Under the pieces are notes generated by a model, which had not been told where the DNA came from, searched no databases, and worked only from the letters and a program-made list of their open reading frames with translations. From Chthonomonadales bacterium (lineage in GTDB: Bacteria; Armatimonadota; Chthonomonadetes; Chthonomonadales; CAJBBX01): a stretch of DNA of 29,279 nt. The stretch lies in contig JBBIPC010000016.1 of assembly GCA_037443035.1 (NCBI GenBank), positions 61,832 to 91,110 of the forward strand. The letters run 5' to 3'. Position 1 is the stretch's first letter; each line of letters begins with the position of its first letter. Positions 27,322 to 29,279 of this stretch are shown piece by piece. Position numbers and translations under genes: made by a program.

Positions 27322-28140
27322 ATGACTACTGCGTTTGGAGGGGAGTGGTCGAGGCGAAAGCTGGAGGTCTTGCGCAAGTACCTCGAGGCATACATGGTGA
27401 TCATGACAAGGAACCCCCACGCTCAGCATTTTCGGACGTGGTACGTAGATGCATTCGCGGGGTCCGGCCGGATCTATATCAAGAAGCCACAGGAGTTCGA
27501 CGCGTTTGCGAATGATGGCGGCGAGACGACACGGTATTTCGATGGTAGCGCACGAGTCGCTCTACGCGTAGAGCCTCCGTTCAGTCGCTACTTGTTCTTC
27601 GAGCTCAACCGCAATGCTGCCCAACAGCTAGAGGCGCTGCGAACCGAGTTCCCACACAGGACCATCTGTGTCAGAGTCGGAGACGCCAACAGACATCTTC
27701 AGGATTTCTGCCAGCAGATGGAAGAGAACGACAGAGCAGTTGTCTTCCTCGATCCTTTCGGCACGGAAGTCCGGTGGAGCACCGTCGCGATGATCGCCAA
27801 GACGCGGAGAATAGACATGTGGTGGCTCGTGCCCTACGGGCTTCTGGCTCGGGGGCTACCGACGAGTGACGTGCCATCGGATGCGAACTCGGCCCAGCTC
27901 ACTGCGTTCCTTGGCACGGACGTAGTCACACAACGAGAGGCACTATCCGTCGTGGCAGCCTTCATCGCCGAACGTCTAGAACGCGTCTTCGCTGGAGTAT
28001 TGGACAAGCCAGGCGTCCTGTGCAACAGCAAGAACGCTCCCATGTATCTCCTTTGCTTTGCCGCAGCGAACCCTAAGGGGGCACATACGGCCGTCAAGAT
28101 TGCACGGTGTCTCGTGAGGAATCTGCACGATGTCCGATAG
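27322..28140 (+). CDS. tcmP: Three-Cys-motif partner protein TcmP (SAM-dependent methyltransferase-like fold)
   Basis: Motifs FGGEWSRRKLEVLRKYL, YVDAFAGSG, GDAN, VFLDPFG and NSKNAPMYLLCFA. GGGGAGG RBS before ATG 27322. Adjacent to a DUF5131 gene. Confidence 0.8.
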   Translation: MTTAFGGEWSRRKLEVLRKYLEAYMVIMTRNPHAQHFRTWYVDAFAGSGRIYIKKPQEFDAFANDGGETTRYFDGSARVALRVEPPFSRYLFFELNRNAAQQLEALRTEFPHRTICVRVGDANRHLQDFCQQMEENDRAVVFLDPFGTEVRWSTVAMIAKTRRIDMWWLVPYGLLARGLPTSDVPSDANSAQLTAFLGTDVVTQREALSVVAAFIAERLERVFAGVLDKPGVLCNSKNAPMYLLCFAAANPKGAHTAVKIARCLVRNLHDVR

Positions 28141-28876
28141 GAGCCGCATAGAATGGACGCAAGCTACCTGGAACCCGGTCACGGGTTGCACGAAGGTCAG
28201 TGCTGGCTGCAAGCATTGCTACGCGGAGCGGATGGCGCACAGGCTGAAGGCCATGGGTGTGAGCCGCTATCGCAACGGATTCCAGCTAACTACCCATCAG
28301 GATCTTCTTGACCTACCGCATAGCTGGCGGGAGCCGCGTCTTGTCTTTGTCAACTCCATGAGCGACCTATTTCATGAAGAGGTGCCATTGGAATTCATCC
28401 ATCGTGTCTTCACCACCATGGGCGAGTGTTCGCGTCACACGTTTCAGGTACTAACCAAGCGATCGGGCCGCCTGCGCGAACTGGCTCCGTATCTCGACTG
28501 GCCTTCCAACGTTTGGATGGGCGTTACCGTGGAAGACCGGTCCGTAATCCATCGCGTGCGCGATCTGCAGGAGATACCCGCGACGATTCGTTTCCTCTCC
28601 TGCGAGCCGCTGCTTGGTCCGCTTCCAGAGCTGCCTCTTGAGGGCATAGACTGGCTGATCGTTGGTGGGGAGTCCGGCCCGAGAGCGCGCCCAATGAGAG
28701 AGGAGTGGGTACTCGCGATTCAGCGCCAGTGCGCCGCCGAAGAGGTTCCATTCTTCTTCAAGCAGTGGGGAGGTCCTCGAAAGCGTCGAAGCGGACGCCT
28801 GCTTCGAGGCCTAATCCATGACGCCATGCCTTGCGTCGGCAGCAAGGCTCTTCCCCAACCCGTCGAGTCTCGCTAG
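28130..28876 (+). CDS. DUF5131 / phage Gp37-Gp68 family radical-SAM-like protein
   Basis: IEWTQATWNPVTGCTKVSAGCKHCYA (Cx6Cx2C at 28187-28219), FVNSMSDLFH, QVLTKR, FLSCEPLLG, IVGGESG and FFFKQWGG. 11-nt overlap with tcmP. Confidence 0.92.
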   Translation: MSDRSRIEWTQATWNPVTGCTKVSAGCKHCYAERMAHRLKAMGVSRYRNGFQLTTHQDLLDLPHSWREPRLVFVNSMSDLFHEEVPLEFIHRVFTTMGECSRHTFQVLTKRSGRLRELAPYLDWPSNVWMGVTVEDRSVIHRVRDLQEIPATIRFLSCEPLLGPLPELPLEGIDWLIVGGESGPRARPMREEWVLAIQRQCAAEEVPFFFKQWGGPRKRRSGRLLRGLIHDAMPCVGSKALPQPVESR

Positions 28877-29066
28877 ACTAGGACCCGACCTGGATCGATC
28901 CTCCCAGCGTTCGTCTCGTAGCACCCATCGCCTTCCTCTGCTGTCTTCCGCCCTCAACGGATAAGCCGACCCATATCGAGGTGAGGGACGGGAGGGAGCT
29001 GCTATGCGCTATGGTGAAGCCCGGCGCATGGCTGCGCTTCTGGCGGATCGGGTACTATGAGATGAT

Positions 29067-29139
29067 GCGCTCGTAGCTCAGTGGATAGAGCATCTGACTT
29101 CGGATCAGAAGGTCGGGGGTTCGAATCCCTCCGAGCGCG
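29067..29139 (+). tRNA. tRNA-Arg (anticodon UCG), CCA not encoded
   Basis: Acceptor stem GCGCTCG/CGAGCGC, D-arm GCTC/GAGC, anticodon arm TCTGA-CTTCGGA-TCAGA (TCG at 29100-29102), T-arm GGGGG-TTCGAAT-CCCTC. Discriminator G is followed by TAC. Confidence 0.95.
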
Positions 29140-29177
29140 TACGCAACACGTAACGAGTGTGCAGTTCCCCATGCAAC

Positions 29178-29207
29178 GCAGGCGTCCTCGCCTGTATTGT
29201 TCTATTT
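29178..29207 (+). terminator. Putative intrinsic terminator after tRNA-Arg
   Basis: Hairpin GCAGGCG-TCCT-CGCCTGT followed by T-rich ATTGTTCTATTT. Confidence 0.5.
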
Positions 29208-29279
29208 CGCGGCGATGCAGCCGAGACGGCTGCGCTACGCGTCGGCAGCTTAGACGCCTTCCGGACGAGGTGCTGCTCG

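Noticed and set aside
12210..29139. Integrative element bounded by the two tRNAs
   Set aside because: No integrase, transposase or duplicated tRNA 3' end (att site) was found. The defence-like genes lie 5' of tRNA-Arg rather than 3'.
1..29279. CRISPR array, rRNA or IS element
   Set aside because: No regularly spaced direct repeats, rRNA-like sequence or transposase ORF was seen.

Overview
A GC-rich bacterial chromosomal window. A Terrabacteria-type RNA polymerase suggests a lineage such as Armatimonadota, but this is a low-confidence inference. From left to right it holds: the 3' part of a beta-propeller-like protein; an OGFr-domain protein; a stand-alone rpoB-rpoC operon with its own sigma70-type promoter; tRNA-Lys(UUU); a minus-strand five-gene glycan cluster (GH38 alpha-mannosidase, YfhO-type membrane glycosyltransferase, FGE-sulfatase-fold protein, hypothetical protein, GH127/146 glycosidase); and a plus-strand run of Tat-signal TIM-barrel isomerase, URO-D-family protein, M60/TCAF-like peptidase and small HD hydrolase. 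A small defence-like locus follows (a stop-interrupted HsdR_N-type endonuclease relic, TcmP, and a DUF5131 three-Cys radical-SAM-like protein), then tRNA-Arg(UCG). The most notable observations are: (i) a heavily remodelled RNA polymerase, with a Cys4 insert at the beta-i9 site, a 53-aa insert in the beta' trigger loop with GLPR->GLLR, a natural His526->Ser at the rifampicin pocket, extra BBM2-like modules and an acidic tail; (ii) the TcmP + DUF5131 pair beside a decayed nuclease, a candidate uncharacterised DNA-modification/defence system; (iii) rpoB and rpoC in one frame, separated only by a TAG and a structured, stop-free 44-codon spacer. All family assignments come from motif recognition by eye; no database searches were run.
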